Positions 39,851-53,787 of a DNA stretch of 64,000 nt are shown here, in pieces. This stretch comes from Polymyxa betae A26-41 (lineage: Eukaryota > Protista > Endomyxa: Phytomyxea), in contig RBZT01000339.1 in NCBI GenBank assembly GCA_003693705.1, positions 1-64,000 of the forward strand. The letters are read 5' to 3'. The notes beneath the pieces are model-generated. The model worked only from the letters and a program-made list of their open reading frames with translations. It did no database searches and was not told the origin of the DNA. How positions within the stretch are numbered: position 1 is the stretch's first letter; every line of letters starts with the position of its first letter. A program made the translations under genes and the position numbers.

Positions 39851-41436
39851 ATGAATGGAGGCTCGATAGAAGAAATCATATACAGTACTCAAAGGATACT
39901 GATCTTGGCCTCGGTCTTGGTTATTGCAACCACTGTTCCTGTATTATCTGTTGCATATTACCGTCAACGTCGTCATCCCATATTGAAAGCCAGACGAGCG
40001 GAATGGTCACTATTGAGCCAACTCTTCGTGATGATTGCCTCGATCGCATATGGATATGACGGATGGCGCCATTACCCATCATGCGCCCAAATTCTGTTCA
40101 CGAATTCGGTCCTAGCGATGCTGGTGTTTGATAGCCACATTATCAGATGCTGGCTTCTGCTCTACAACTGGAATGTCTCCAAAGCATTATGTGCCTCGCG
40201 AACAGGAGACATGAATTCTGGTAGGAACTGGTGGCTCAGGAATACACATTTAGCTTCCGGCAAGATTATGGCGAAGGTGATGGGAGCTTTGACCTTGATG
40301 CATATTGGCTGTTGGTTGATCTTTATTGGTATCAATGGATGGGACCAATCATGGGGAGGCCCAGCCGATTCTGCCATATGTACATCGGGATGGCTTTGGT
40401 TCTTTGGAGTCTGGGGTGCATTAGCATGTATGATGGCAATCGCTATCTATCTCACATATAACATGCGTCTGGTCGTTGATGCATTCGAAATCAAGAACGA
40501 GCTGATGACGATCGGCGGGATCTGGGTCGTCGGTGCCATGCCATTCTGGCTGATTGCGCTTATTTTTCCGAATCTCGAACAGAGCCGATGCTACATCGTA
40601 ATGTCAGCTGTTAACCATGGTTAGCTATTTCAGCTCTTGATGTTGTCAACAGGTTGTCTTTATCGGTGACGCTCTGTGCATTGAGAGTGTTTTATCTGAG
40701 TTTGGCGAAGCCACTACTTATGATCAATCAAGAAAACAGGCAGCGCAAGTATCTTGAGCTCTCATCTGTGGCATTGGGAACGACTACAACGGAAGCATCA
40801 GATGGCATTATTCATGCAATTCCTGCTGTACGTGGCCATAACAATCTAAAAAAGGTCGACCTTCGTAAGATGCTGGACACGAACACTGGCATCTCGGGCG
40901 CTTTTGTGAACTTTTTAACAAAAGAATTCTCAGTAAGTTTTCTAATATCGCAAGGATAATTGCGACGTTCTTATACTTGTATCAGGTTGAGAACTGGAAG
41001 TTATATTCCGATGTGTTGCAGGTGCGAATGATATATGGAGGCTGGAAGGAATCCGATGCCGGCCGAAGTGGTCTTGAATCTGGCCATTTAGAATGGTTCA
41101 GAGTTCAAGAAGCTTCAATTACGTCTTTAGAGGAGAAGATAAATACGATCTACAATATGTATCTAGCGGAATCGGCACCATTTGAAGTCAATCTGAGCAG
41201 CGAACGGCTGCGGTGCCTTCGGCAATGCTTCGAACCATGTCATTTACTGAAGCCCGAATGCTTTAACGATATTCCAGAAAGATTATGTCGTGCTCAGGAT
41301 GAGATTTTTGAACTCATGAGATCTGATTCGTTAGTGATTCTCGCCGGTGTTGCTGTTTAGGACTGAATAGGTATCCAGGTTCGAACGATTCAAGAAGACG
41401 GCTGAGTTCGATCACGCCCAATTAGCATTGGGATAG
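39851..41436 (+). CDS. 7TM receptor-RGS fusion protein, copy 4 (apparently intact)
   Basis: Four exons splice in frame: 7TM region plus FLTKEFSVENW, YLAESAPFEVNL and AQDEIFELMRSDSFERF. Confidence 0.9.
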
Positions 41437-41890
41437 GGCACCGGTAGCTCATATATTCAGTTTTAAGATGCACCGGCCGGTTCAAGTATATACAAAACTA
41501 AATTTACGATTCGAATTTCCAGTGGCATTCACTGCCAACTGGAAATCAAGCGACATCTCAGGAAATAACAAAAGCACGATAAAATTCCGTTGGCTGTTCA
41601 CAAAACTGTTGTGATCAGATATATATTGCAAATCTTTTAATTAACCTTAAAAAAGCCCTATCATCTATATACACGCCAATTACCAATTTAAAAACCTCAT
41701 TGCAGTTTACAGTTGCAAGTCTACAACTGCAAGTTTAGAAAGAAATCGTTAAAATGAAACCCGCCCGGTTTAAACGCAGCCGTATCCCGTAGGACTCAAC
41801 CGATAGAGGCTCCGCCAACGGTGGGCTGCTCTCTTCAAGATTTTTTTTCCTACAAAGTTCAAACTCATTTTCGATTCTTCGATATGAGCA

Positions 41891-43820
41891 ATGACATGGC
41901 GTCTTGGCTGGGTTTGTAAGGAATGCACATATGCCAACGAAAATCCATCCGAGCCTATATGTGAAGTCTGCTCAGAGCCTGTACCTGGTACGAATGTCAT
42001 CCTGAGGTCCACTCCAGTGCGCGACAACGTACAACGACCTGAAAAAGCGTTGAAATTTACCAAACTATATCTGCCGATTACTGAAATTGATGAAGAGCAT
42101 TACGGAAACCTGAAACCGACATTATTGAAGTTATTTCTCTTGAGGAGTCCGACGATGAGGCTCCTAATCAGGAGAGTCCAACATTCAGACCAAACGACTA
42201 CTTGTAATGTGCGAATGTTGCCATTACCCTTTTGTTTATTATTGTTCTATCCAGGATGGCGAGCAACTCAAATGGCAACCGGGATACATCCCATAAATCA
42301 GCAATCAGCTTCAAGGTCTAGTTTTGCTATTAATCTCTGAAGTTCGCAATAACATCCTGTAAGGTTATCGAATTATCTGATGATGATGAAACCTGCCCCG
42401 TTCCTGTCAGTTGTCTCGTCCCTATCAACGAGTCTAAGACAGCAGCTGCTGCTAATTTTCGTAAAGAGAACAGTCCCGTGTATAAAGACCCCTCTGAGCA
42501 ACAGAAACGACCGACTTGTTCTGCAAGTAACAAAGTGGCCGCTAAAGAAAATAACCGAGTACAGACTTGTCTATATGCCCGATTTGTAATCTGAATCAGA
42601 CCCAGAGAAAAGCTGCCAAAACGGCGTTGAACAAAAGTCGAAGGCTTGGTAACCAGCGTCCTCTCTGTAGATTCTCTTTGTTGAAACTGAACAGGAGCGT
42701 ATTTTTGGAGTGAAGTTGTTGTGCATATACCAGAAACTGTTTGGAACAAATACGGCCCGTTTGTTAAGGAATCTATTGACCTTTTACATGGTATTTCCCC
42801 CTTTAATTGTTTATCGCTCGATCGTAAAAGCTCTGTTAGGGGATATAAATGTTTTCTCTCTTTGTGACCGTAAGAACTGGATTACTTGGGAAAGGAAACG
42901 ACTCGATGACGATCTCGAGCCCGAATGTTTCGATAAAGCTAACAATCGCCTAATGTGAGTCTCGCATTCAACTATCTGAGTACTTTTTTTAATGTCTCGA
43001 TTTTTCAGATTAAACGAAAATTGCCCGGTTTTATCTGAAATCGCCCAGTTTAGCGCTCTGTTTTACGAAGCAGCCGATTTCATTGCTGAGTATGAGAACG
43101 GCCAGATTCTGTCCCGTATCAGGTCGGCATTGCAGACGCCCGACGCCCGAATCGCGCTCGTGGCCTTCGACCTGCGCCGCATTGTTCGTCTCAGGGCCAA
43201 CAAGGCCATGCGGAAGCAGCTGGCTCAGTCATCGACAGGTATCGGTGTCCTCAAAGTACATCAGGTGTTCTGATTCCAACCGAGGTGTTTGTGACAGCAC
43301 CAAAAGCACAGGATTTTCCAGTGTTGGTGAGATTGACGATTTTGCTGCTTATCTCATTAATCAGTTCGACTGTCGCTGTTCCTTCTTGAACTTCGCCAGC
43401 CTGGGTGAAGTTGGAATGTTTCTGTCTCAGACTACTCGGCATATTGCTCAGGAGCCCTATAAACCCGACGCTACTTCGTCTTTAGGTAGAAAGGGTTTAT
43501 CTCATTATTTAGATTTTTGCTCTAAATTTCTTACAGGGTTCCGGCATCAAAATGTGATGAAATCAGCGGTCGTCGGCGGGATATTTACACCTGCGATGAA
43601 GGAATGGTTCAATGTCCTTATTCGTATTCCTGGCATATCACCGAAGCGAGCGGAAGGCGTCATCAAGCGATACCCATCGTGCGCATCATTGCTGTTAGCC
43701 TACCACAATTGTGGCTCGGACGAAGAGCGCAAACAGATGTTGAAGGACATCGAGGTTGAAGAAAAGAGACTGGGCCCTTCTGTATCCGCAACCGTATTTG
43801 ATTATTTATATTCGGTTTGA
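41891..43820 (+). CDS. EME1: Crossover junction endonuclease subunit EME1-like, with N-terminal RanBP2-type zinc finger
   Basis: WVCKECTYANE......CEVC; C-terminus WFNVLIRIPGISPKRAEGVIKRYPS..SLLLAY...RLGPSVS. Confidence 0.78.
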
Positions 43821-43855
43821 TTCCTCAGAAATGTAATTTAATTGCAAACTGTTTA

Positions 43856-45350
43856 TCATTGACCGAGTTGTTCTGCAAATGAGGTCATCTTCAGACATGA
43901 AGGCTCCCTGTTCGTAGACCGGCTGAACAAATTCGCACATGACGAGTGCATCGTGACATTGTCGTGTATAATCCAACTAGTTGCAATATGGCTGCCTTTA
44001 TGGCCATCATTGGCGTCGCAAATCAGATAGCAAATTTGACAAATGGGACCGATATCATTCGCGCTAATGGCTCCTTCATTCGGGCTGATTGCTCCTTCAT
44101 CAATGACCAGATTTCGTCTGATCGCCTGAATAGCGTGTCATTTACTTTCAAACCCTGTTACGGCGCTGCTTGCCTTAACAATCGAATCGGATCCTTCACG
44201 TTTTGATTGTATCCACCTGATCAGTTCCGATGCAGACTTTAAAGCTGTAGACAATAGCAAGAAAACCGGTGATGACGGCTTCAATGCGGCAATGTTCGGC
44301 AGTGAAGCTTGCAGCCGATACAGGACACGAATCATCTCTCTCCTGTTAATTCCATCTCAGCCCAACACCATCAAGTTTTGCATGACCATACAATCCCTGA
44401 CTGTACATTTGCACACGATGCAAAGTTGACGCCTGGGACCAGTAGGGACACTGCTGACGGTCAGATCTTTGGTTGGAACTGCGAAATTCATATTGCAGAC
44501 CTGTTTCTTGCAGGATCTCGAGCAGAAATCGATGATCGATTCGAAGACGCCGTACGACCGGGCCAGTTCGAACAGGACGTGCTTGATCATCTCAGTCCAG
44601 TGAATCTGTCTGGTCTCAACATCATGTGGGAGCAACCCGATCATCTGCCTGCTTCCCTAATCAACTTTTCCAGACCCCAAACCCCGACACACACCCCAAC
44701 CTGAGAAGGTCATGAGCTACTGCCTGTAGTCTGGCGGCCGCCAACAAATCGCTCTCGGCAATTTTCGCAGGCGGGTCCGGGAACTGTTTCAAGAACACAG
44801 GTCGATGATATTCTGGGACGAATTCGACCAGATCCTTCCATAATAATCGATTCGAGCATCGCCACCCATCCAGCTCGTCTTCCTGGCGGATCTTGATGGC
44901 ATCAATGAAGCGCTCCTCCGAGACCAGCAACACGACCTGGTCGTCGATGCAGTTGCGTCGGTCCTGATCGAGGTCTCCGATTAAATCGTTCCAAAGCGAA
45001 TCCAGATCTTGAGACAGGACTGCCGCCGTCTCCCTTTCCTGCGTGTATTCTGCATGTCCTGGATGGCGTCGATGTTTGGCTGGCGTTCCCGGCGAGACCG
45101 ATTGAAATTCACCGAAACAGCTGTCGAAAGCCCGGTCCAGATTATCGTTGATCAGGTCGTCGATCGACACCTTCCGCAGCAGCTGTTGCTTCTGGCCCGG
45201 ATTCCTATCCGCATTTGCTGGCGGGCTGGTCGCTTCCGACATCAATGACAAACCTGTTGCGGCTGCCATAACATGTCGATCTGAGAGATGAACCAGAGAC
45301 GGGCAACCATCATCCAGTGTCACAATACCATCAGAGATCATGATCCACAA
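43856..45350 (-). CDS. Protein with a synergin-gamma-like C-terminus; start uncertain
   Basis: Last exon GPICQICYL...WIIHDNVTMHSSCANLF resembles the CxxC...HxxCANxW tail of synergin gamma; acidic N-terminal region. Confidence 0.5.
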
Positions 45351-45640
45351 TCAAGATCCGCTATATTTTGGACCATCCTGCGTCTTCGTAAAGAACCGAT
45401 TTCGGTTAATAATTCTCTATGATAAAACTTCGCAAATCAGCTGTTATACTTGACAGGGTCGGGAAACGGTTTTAATTCTTAAGTATCGAATGAATCGATG
45501 CGGACAGAGTCTCGCTATAAGAATATGATGCCAGGTCGATAATTCATGAGCGAATACTCGGGTGAAATGCCAGCAATCAATACAGAAAATTACATTCCGA
45601 TCTAGATCGATTGCTAGTACGACTCCCATTGTGACACATT

Positions 45641-48600
45641 ATGGGATCTCGGCTGAAAGGCGCCGATAGCTCGTACCAGGAGTCGGACCAGCCGCGCCAG
45701 AAACGCAACCGAATCATCAAGCGCCTGCCCGGGTCCGTCACCATCTATGGCGCGGAGCGCTACCAGGAGCTCTTCAATATCATCTGCAAGGCGCGCGTCT
45801 CCTACTACCAGCGCTTTCTGCTCATGTATGAAGACTCGCTCGCCCATACCACCGTCGATATCGTCCTCGCTGTAAGTCCACCATCACCTCTTTTCGAATC
45901 GTTCAACCATCTGTTATGAGTAACGTGGCCATTGTTTTCTCTAAAACGGGTTTCCAGTTTGGCGCGACCCTCCCTGAGTGTAACGTGACCACCCTGTAGG
46001 CAGCTGGGCTGATGAGCACAGCTCTGTATATTGCCAGTACCTATTCAGACTCCAATACGATTCATCTCGTCGAGCTATGGCTGGCCATCTTCTTCGCCGC
46101 CGACTTCTTCATTCGGCTGTCGGCTAATGGCATGGCGTTCCTGCGCAGCGCGGAGGGCATGATCGACCTGCTGGCCGTCATCCCGTTGATCTCGTCGGCC
46201 GGCGAGTTTAATGTCGACCCGCTGGTTCGCGTTGCTCGTGTCAATATCACGGTCATGAGGCTGCTGAAATCTGCAAAAATCCTACGAGTATTTCGCCTTG
46301 TTCGAATCGTTCGCGTCTATCGGGTTATCCTGCTGATGAGGGACGGCATTAAGCAGCGCCTTTTGGTTCATTTCGCTATCGGCATCGCTATCGTTTTATT
46401 CTTCGGGGGCATGTTCCAGCTTTTGGAAGACACGTTTGCCACCGATGTCGATCGCGCCTTCCACGACAGCTGCTAGTAAGATAAGTGTCAACAATTCTAA
46501 TTTGTTTTCTGATATTATTTTTCCAGTTTTGCTGTGCAAACACTAACCGGTTTGGGGTATGGCGATGTCAGTATGATATCTTTGTGTACTGTGAAGATGC
46601 TGATACTCATATCAGGTTGTTCCATCTATCATCCCAAGCCAGATTTTAGCTGTGGTGATGGCGTTCCTTGTATGGGGCCTGGTCCCTATACATTGCGTAA
46701 AGATCATCAACATGGCACAGAGCGTCGGCTCTTGCGTCTTCCATTTCGTTCCGGGATCGCACCCACGCCAACATTGCGTCCTGGTCCTTCTGACCCATTG
46801 CACCGAACACGAAGTTGACGAATTCTTCCGCGAGTTTTTCCATCCCTGTCATGGTCCAACGCGGTTCCGGATCGCGGTGCTCGGACCTCGTGCTGTATTG
46901 GAAACGCTGGTGTCGAAACTGAGCAATAGAAATTATATCCGGCATGTGGATTTCGTTGCCGGATCGGTGTTCGACGATAACGATCTGAAACGATGCTGCT
47001 TGAATCTGGCTGCTGCTGTTTTCACCATGACTCATCGAATCTGTATTTCTCAGCAGCGCGGTATTGATGACGATAACCAGACGTTATTGGCAGCGATATC
47101 AATCAAGAATGTCTGCCCGGAAGTGCCGCTGTATTTGCAAGTTAATAGCCTGGGTTTGGAAGAACATATTTTATGGAAAACGCTGAACAATTTTGCGAAT
47201 ACTCAGCTGATTTGTGTTCGGCAATTGTCGCTGTCGTTATTGGGCCGCTCATGTTCATGCCCGGGAATGCACGTTCTCGTAGGTAATCTGCTACAATCTA
47301 CCCATTATGTTCCAGCTCATTATCCGAGCGATTCCTGGAAGGGAGAATGTAATGAAAGGAATTCGTATTTGTTTATCTGCAAAGCAGGCTGATTTTTGAA
47401 TAGATCATTGGGGAAACTGTCATTCCCTCTTCCCGACGGTTTTCGGCAAATATTTTGATGGAAAGAAGTTCGCCGACTGTATCGTCCCATTGTATGAGAG
47501 CCTCGGTGTCTTGCCAATCGCCATGTCGGGCCTAACATCCAGCTCGAAAATCGAGGTCGTACTGAACCCAAGCGAGCGGGTCATCAAAGCCGGCGATCTG
47601 GTTTTTGTGATCGCCATTAGCTTGGAGAATGCGGCGGCCGTGGCGAATTTCATGCCGGACCCGAACAATGGGATTGTATCGCAATGGCGCCATTCTGAAC
47701 GATTACAGACGAGCGCGCTGCGGCAAAAATACGACGCCCAAGAAGCGTTCCAGATGAAGACATGCTGCCCCAGCGGGATATCACTTCGTTCCGCACTTCA
47801 CTCGAATACTGGGACCAGCACGATGTCCAGGTCTAGTACGAAACCTTTCAATCGGATTCAGTTCGGCAACCACATTGTCATCGCAGGGTTTGTTGAAGAG
47901 CACATTTTCGAATTTATTTGGAACTTGAGAAATCAGGTACCTCAATGTGATCCTGCCCATATGGGTGTTTAACAAATTCCAGGTTCACACAGCTGATGTG
48001 CCCGTTGTGGTTGCAGTTCATGATGCCAATCTTTCTATGATGTGTTCATTGAGACGATTTTCTGGTGTCTACATAGAATCTGGGAGCCTGCAAGACGAGG
48101 CCTTCCTCGTTCGTATCAATCTGATTGCAGCCAGCCATGCCGTTCTGTTTTCGAATCCGGCTTATGCGTTCGACCCGGTCGTCATTGATATTTCAGCGAA
48201 ATCCGCCGAACAGCAGATCATTGATAGCGATCTGGAAACGATCACCAACCTCATTGCCGTTGAGAACTTTCTGGCGCGTTTTGGCCGCCTGAACGCCTCG
48301 AACTGCATCACGGAGTTCCAGTTCAGAAGCAATCTGGGATTTGTTCGGCCAAATTTCAATTCTCCGTCTAATGCTGCTTCTACAAATTTCCATCCGGATG
48401 CTGCCGATGCTAAAGGTAATTAGGACGTTTTTGCAATTCTCGCAGTTCTTTCTAATTAACGCCTCAGTTCACTTTGCTGAAGTTCCTCAGTCGATGGCTG
48501 CGTTAAGCTTCCACTACCCTCAAGTATTTAACGTCGTACAGGCTCTTCTATACGGCAACCGATTCGGCATTGAAGAGCCGGCAGGTTTGGAACGGCAAGC

Positions 48601-49126
48601 AGGTTCTGATCCCACTATGGTTATGCAACTGAATTTGGTCCGAGTTCCAGCCAAACTGGAGAATAAGCAGTATTCTGCTCTTCTGAAGCATTTTGCGGAA
48701 CAGCACGCCCATCTCTGCTTGGGACTGTTCAGAAGTAAATCACAGCGGAATGCCCCTATTCCGTATATTTTCGTGAATCCATCCCCGGATACCATTGTTT
48801 GTGAGGACGATCATGCATTTATCATTGCTCCTGTTTTGTTGAGCGAGCCAGGCCATGTCTATTCGATTCGAGATGAATCGAAAACAAAAGTTGTTACCTC
48901 CCTCTATAAGACCAGAATTCCGAATTTATCAAGCTGTTTACAAGAAATGCAAACAGACAAATCAGGAATTATTCAAATCAAAAGGCATGCCTCTGAGAGT
49001 GCAAGCACGCTGAGAGCACGGCTATCGTTGATGGAGAAACAAAGCAGAAGCAGCAAATCAGTATTGCTTCGGGGTCTAGACAGCACCGAGTCTAAACAGC
49101 AACCGACTGTCCAATCGCAACAGTGA
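45641..49126 (+). CDS. Slo/BK-type potassium channel with tandem RCK domains
   Basis: S1-S6, basic S4 (KILRVFRLVRIVRVYR), pore TLTGLGYGD, RCK motifs FFREFFHP, GSVFDDNDLKR, HIVIAG and IPYIFVNPSPDT. Confidence 0.92.
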
Positions 49127-49160
49127 TCTGCAAATGTCGATTCAAGGCGATCAAAATATT

Positions 49161-50026
49161 TTATGGGCGCTTTTGTCGTGGTTTAAGAGAGCCAAACCAG
49201 CGCTGAATCATACCGAGCTGCCCCAGATGCACGAAAACGATTGTGGATATTCGTAGAATTGTCCAGGAATTCACATTGCGTGATAATCGTTTGGTGGCTT
49301 GGCAAAACGTTTCAGCAGTCAAGGTATCTACAGCAAAAGGCAACGTACCAGATCGTTGCGACAGATTCATAAAGCGAAGATCACGTTGAATCGCTTCAAT
49401 ACGATGCAGTTTGGTTCCAATGGATGTTACTATGGACAGAAGACGCTCAGTATCCTCTGTACAACATGCTGAATTATTTGAGATTAGTCCCATTTACAAA
49501 TCAACCTGTTGTTGCATGTGGGATACGTGCTAATTCATTTTTGCCAGAGTTATTTCCATCAATGATAGTAAAACTGTTTTACAATTAGACATTGCAAGAG
49601 AAGCACTTTTTTGGTCCCGACCTGATCGCTCTGCTACTGGCAACAGGCCATGCTCGATATGTAAAGCAAACATCGTGAAAATCCGTTGTTGTGGCAGCGG
49701 CCGTACGTTCAATATGATGACCAGGTCCGAATGGAACCGAACGGTAGTAAATAGTGTATCCATCAGGCGATTTGATTCTCAGGTAAACCATGCCACGATG
49801 GTTTTCTTCTGAACGAACACTTTCATGTTTTTAGAGCGGATCCCATTGCAGTATAATTACTTTCAGGTGCTACTAAGGCTCGGAACTTGAATGGTTCCCC
49901 ATCAGTGAACTTTATTTGACAGCACACCTCCTTATTGGGCTCAATTCGAAAATTGTAAGTAAGATCAGTCGATGCAGTAGTAATAATAACTGCAGCTGCG
50001 AGCAAAAGGCCAGTGAGAAGATTCAT
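49161..50026 (-). CDS. p24/TMED (emp24/gp25L) cargo receptor
   Basis: Signal peptide, GOLD start LTYNFRIEPNKEVC, coiled coil, C-terminal TM and short cytosolic tail. Confidence 0.8.
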
Positions 50027-50189
50027 TGGTGACGTTGACAGAGTCCTTGGAACAAGTCAAGATGAATGTTCGCATTATCCTGCCGCAGATTCATCAAATA
50101 TTTGATTTCAACGATTACTTGATCAAGTCAAACAATTATCATTTCATGTTTTCCAACTGGCTAACTTTAATAAATAATGCCAATAAATA

Positions 50190-52873
50190 TTAGACTGTAT
50201 AACAGACTAAACTTCCGTCATAAGCACCAGAGACCAGAAATGGTGTCGTTGGGGAGTATGATAACGCAGAGATCACATCGCGCTGAGATCTTAACCTTGT
50301 TATCCAACGACCGCTATTTAGATCGTAAACATAGCTTTGCTGGTCTTCGGAGCCTGCAGTAATGAATCTCAAACAAGGGCTTAACGCCACGCCAACCTGC
50401 TTCTGTCTGTTCAGATGCCCAACGAACCTAAGGGTCGTTCAGTTTCAGTCAGCTGGCAATCTAAGTTAATCCTACCTTCGAACAGGTCCTTTCAGTCGAA
50501 TATCCCAGAGCCTGACGGTGTTATCAGCGGCGGCCGTACAGAAAAGATCTTGACGGTCCTCCGTCTGGTTGCGTAAACAGATCGAATGTATTGGACGATC
50601 ATGAGCGTTATTGGTGACCCTAATCAGAGATCCTCCAGTCCCCATATCCAAAACTGCAACAGATTATTAGTCGCGAAACTCAAAGCGTGTGGCTCACATA
50701 ATAGGTCTCGATTCCTGGTGGACGCCAGAACAATATGTGAATTGTCAGAATTATAACTAGCAATTTGAGTAATCGTTCCATTCGTCTCACTGTCGTGCCT
50801 GTAAGCTGCGACACGAGAGAACTTGTAATCTTGATATGGACGATTAAGCTCGCTAGAGGCTGTGCCCAATTTATATTTGAATAAAGCAATGTCATTCCGA
50901 CAGCAGAGCGCTATAAATTCGTCATTATGAAAGAACAGAGCGCCGTTAATTTCAGCAGAAAATGGCATATTGTCTTGGTTGGGTTTGCTTGAAAGGTTCG
51001 TAATAGAATGAGTGATACGACAAACAGGATCAAGACGAGGCAGCTGATAAACCGCCGCAGTCTGTATTACCATCAAAATTAACAGATTGCTGATTAGTAC
51101 CTGGAAACATTACCCGGTCGGCAGAGGCTGTTAGAATCAGTTTCGAGTCGCGGCTCCAATTGGCACTTTTTACGCTCGATGCATGTCCAGTCAAGATCTG
51201 ACTATTGACTGTTTTCAATCGATGGATTCGAACGCTACTGTCTGTTGAACTTGAAAGGAAAGAGTTTCCATGAGGGGCGAAGGCTACAGAGTTAATAGGA
51301 CCATTGTGTATTGGGCGCTCCCCTTCAAGAACCTGACAGGCCATGTCAATCACTGATAAATAACAATCAAAGCTTTTGAAAGACCTGGATACGATCTATG
51401 ATACGGCAACTGATGTCAAAGCTGAGAAGAAGCTCAAATACATAACAAATGAGAGCATTCACCTACGTGTTCACAGTTGGTGGTTTCGGTTGTTTGTTCT
51501 TGCTCGCTGATTTCGTTTTGATAGTGTTTTTGTAGAATAAAGAGTTAGTCTTCGAAGCTGGAGTCCCATATCCAGAGGATTTGACTTTTTTATGGAACAA
51601 AATGGGCTTGTCTAATGGTTTTTTCTTACTTGGGACCTTGGACTCTACAATAACATCAATGAAGTCGGACAATAAACCGCAAATGCAGTACTTTTCACAA
51701 ACGTCGATTTTAACAGAGGTGAAGAGCCAGGCAGCTCTACATTGGATATAAATGACATATCTATTCGACGGCTCAACTTGAATTCCGAAACATTAAACTC
51801 GAGCGCAGATGTCTGGTTCGAAAAAACGAAGGTCAGAAAGCAGACAAGACTTTCCTGTAAGGGAATGATACAGCAACTTTCAGGCGTTTCTATAGAGAAT
51901 CGGTGGACGAGATCCAGACTGTCGGCATGAACAATGCACACATCGGTTGATGTCACGACAGTAATGAAGTAACCGTGTTGTACGACATTCCAAGATAAAC
52001 CGATCAAAGACGTTGACTTTACCAACGTCTCAGTTTCACTTAAATCGAGTTCTAAAAATCGATATTCACCACAAGATTAAATGTTGATGAGGAGCTCCTT
52101 ACCATACTCAATATTTGTATTATCAATTCGTTCAAGCAGCTCCAGAATGTTGATTCTCCCCATATAACGACAGCCATCTTGCTCGGTATATTCAAAAACA
52201 AAAGTATACCCGTTGGATGAGGCAATAGTGAATCTTGGTAGATGAGGGTGAGCAGAGCTGGCTATTAAAGGAGACGCGCACAGAACAGAGGATTGATAGA
52301 CTAATTCTGAGTACGCCTCACCAGCCCACACTCGAAAGGTGCCATCTTCGCTAATGGCAATAAAAATATTAGCAAGAAATAAACACGAAGATGCCGACTT
52401 AAAATGCAGAGATTGTATAATTGCCCCGGAGCAGAAATCCACAAGAAGAATAGAACCGGACTCGTCAACAACTGCAAGAATTGTGATCGAGGTGGAAAAC
52501 GCAGCAAATCTAATAGATCTGGATGTGCCCAGAGGTAGAATCTTTCCAACCCTGCAACCATCAGATTCAATAATGACAATCTATTGGTTGATTATACCCA
52601 CTGGGAAGAGCTAATTCTCAGCTTCTGATCATCCAACTTCCAGAAAGTCAGAGCGTCACTGGAACACGTGCAAGCAAGATTAATTCGGGCAGAGATTGCA
52701 GTAGCAGTGATCGCAGCAGCATGGTCATTCCGCCCAAGGGCGTCGACTTCGTCGTCTAGGACGCTAAATATCCGGATCGAATGAGTCTGGCGGACGACGC
52801 CGATCGCCCAGTTGCCATCGGCGCTGAGGCAGGCCAACGCTGGACGGTGCCATGGCCGCCAACTCCATGGCAT
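50190..52873 (-). CDS. WDR27: WD repeat-containing protein 27
   Basis: DKPILFHKKVKSSGYG motif, WD40 repeats, and FVGHLNRQ..VGVALSPCLRFITAGSED. Confidence 0.82.
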
Positions 52874-53005
52874 AGATAGCCGATAAGTTAGACAAATGAC
52901 GATTTCATAAAAGGGCAAAACAGTCAAGGGGGCACCGCCACTGTGACTTCGTTACATTCATGTTGTTTATCACACCTCTATAAGGCTCTCTCTTTAAACA
53001 TTCGA

Positions 53006-53729
53006 ATGACGCCGGCGGCGAGAGCAGCGAGCCTTCGGGCGGCTCTTGGCCAGCCGGGTAACGATCGCTGCGCCGACTGTCGGGCGCCGCAACCGACCTG
53101 GGCCAGCTATAACATCGGCGTGTTTCTCTGCCAGGATTGCGCCGGAATTCATAGAAGCTTGGGGACCCATGTGTCGAAAGTTCGGAGCGTGACGCTGGAT
53201 GTTTGGGATCAGGACGCCATCGACAAAATGTTGTCGGCTGGAAATCGCAAGTTGGTATATTCGGAACTGGAAAAACGTTGTAACTGTAAACCTATTCAGG
53301 ATAAACTCGACAATGGAGGGTTTGTTAAAACCGCATGTTAAGTTATCGCTTGATGCGAATTCGCTAACACGAGGCGCCTATATTCGAGCTAAATACATTG
53401 AGAAGAGATTCGAAAAACTGCTTGCAGCTGAATCGAAACCTGCTGATTTATTTGCTGGTCTCAATGTGCTGCCAAGACCACAATTCAACCCTAAAGCGCC
53501 ATCCCCCGTGAATAGCCAACAATCTGGCCTACTAACCCTTGGATATTGTACTGAATTACCAACTGCACAGTCCGATTACTCCAATTCCAATCATTGTCCA
53601 AATATGTTCTCTTCATTTTCATTCATTAACTCCAATGTGGAGAAATCCACAAGAAATGTACGAAGTAATGGCACAGAATTGATCAGTGACGATTCATTAT
53701 TATCTTACGGCCTCTTTAACTTCAGTTAG
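53006..53729 (+). CDS. ArfGAP (SMAP/AGD5-like)
   Basis: GNDRCADCRAPQPTWASYNIGVFLCQDCAGIHRSLGTHVSKVRSVTLD and YIRAKY. Confidence 0.93.
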
Positions 53730-53787
53730 ATGGCACTAATTCTCTCTCGAATAACAATTTTAATCAGAGTGTAATCCATTTTTTGAA

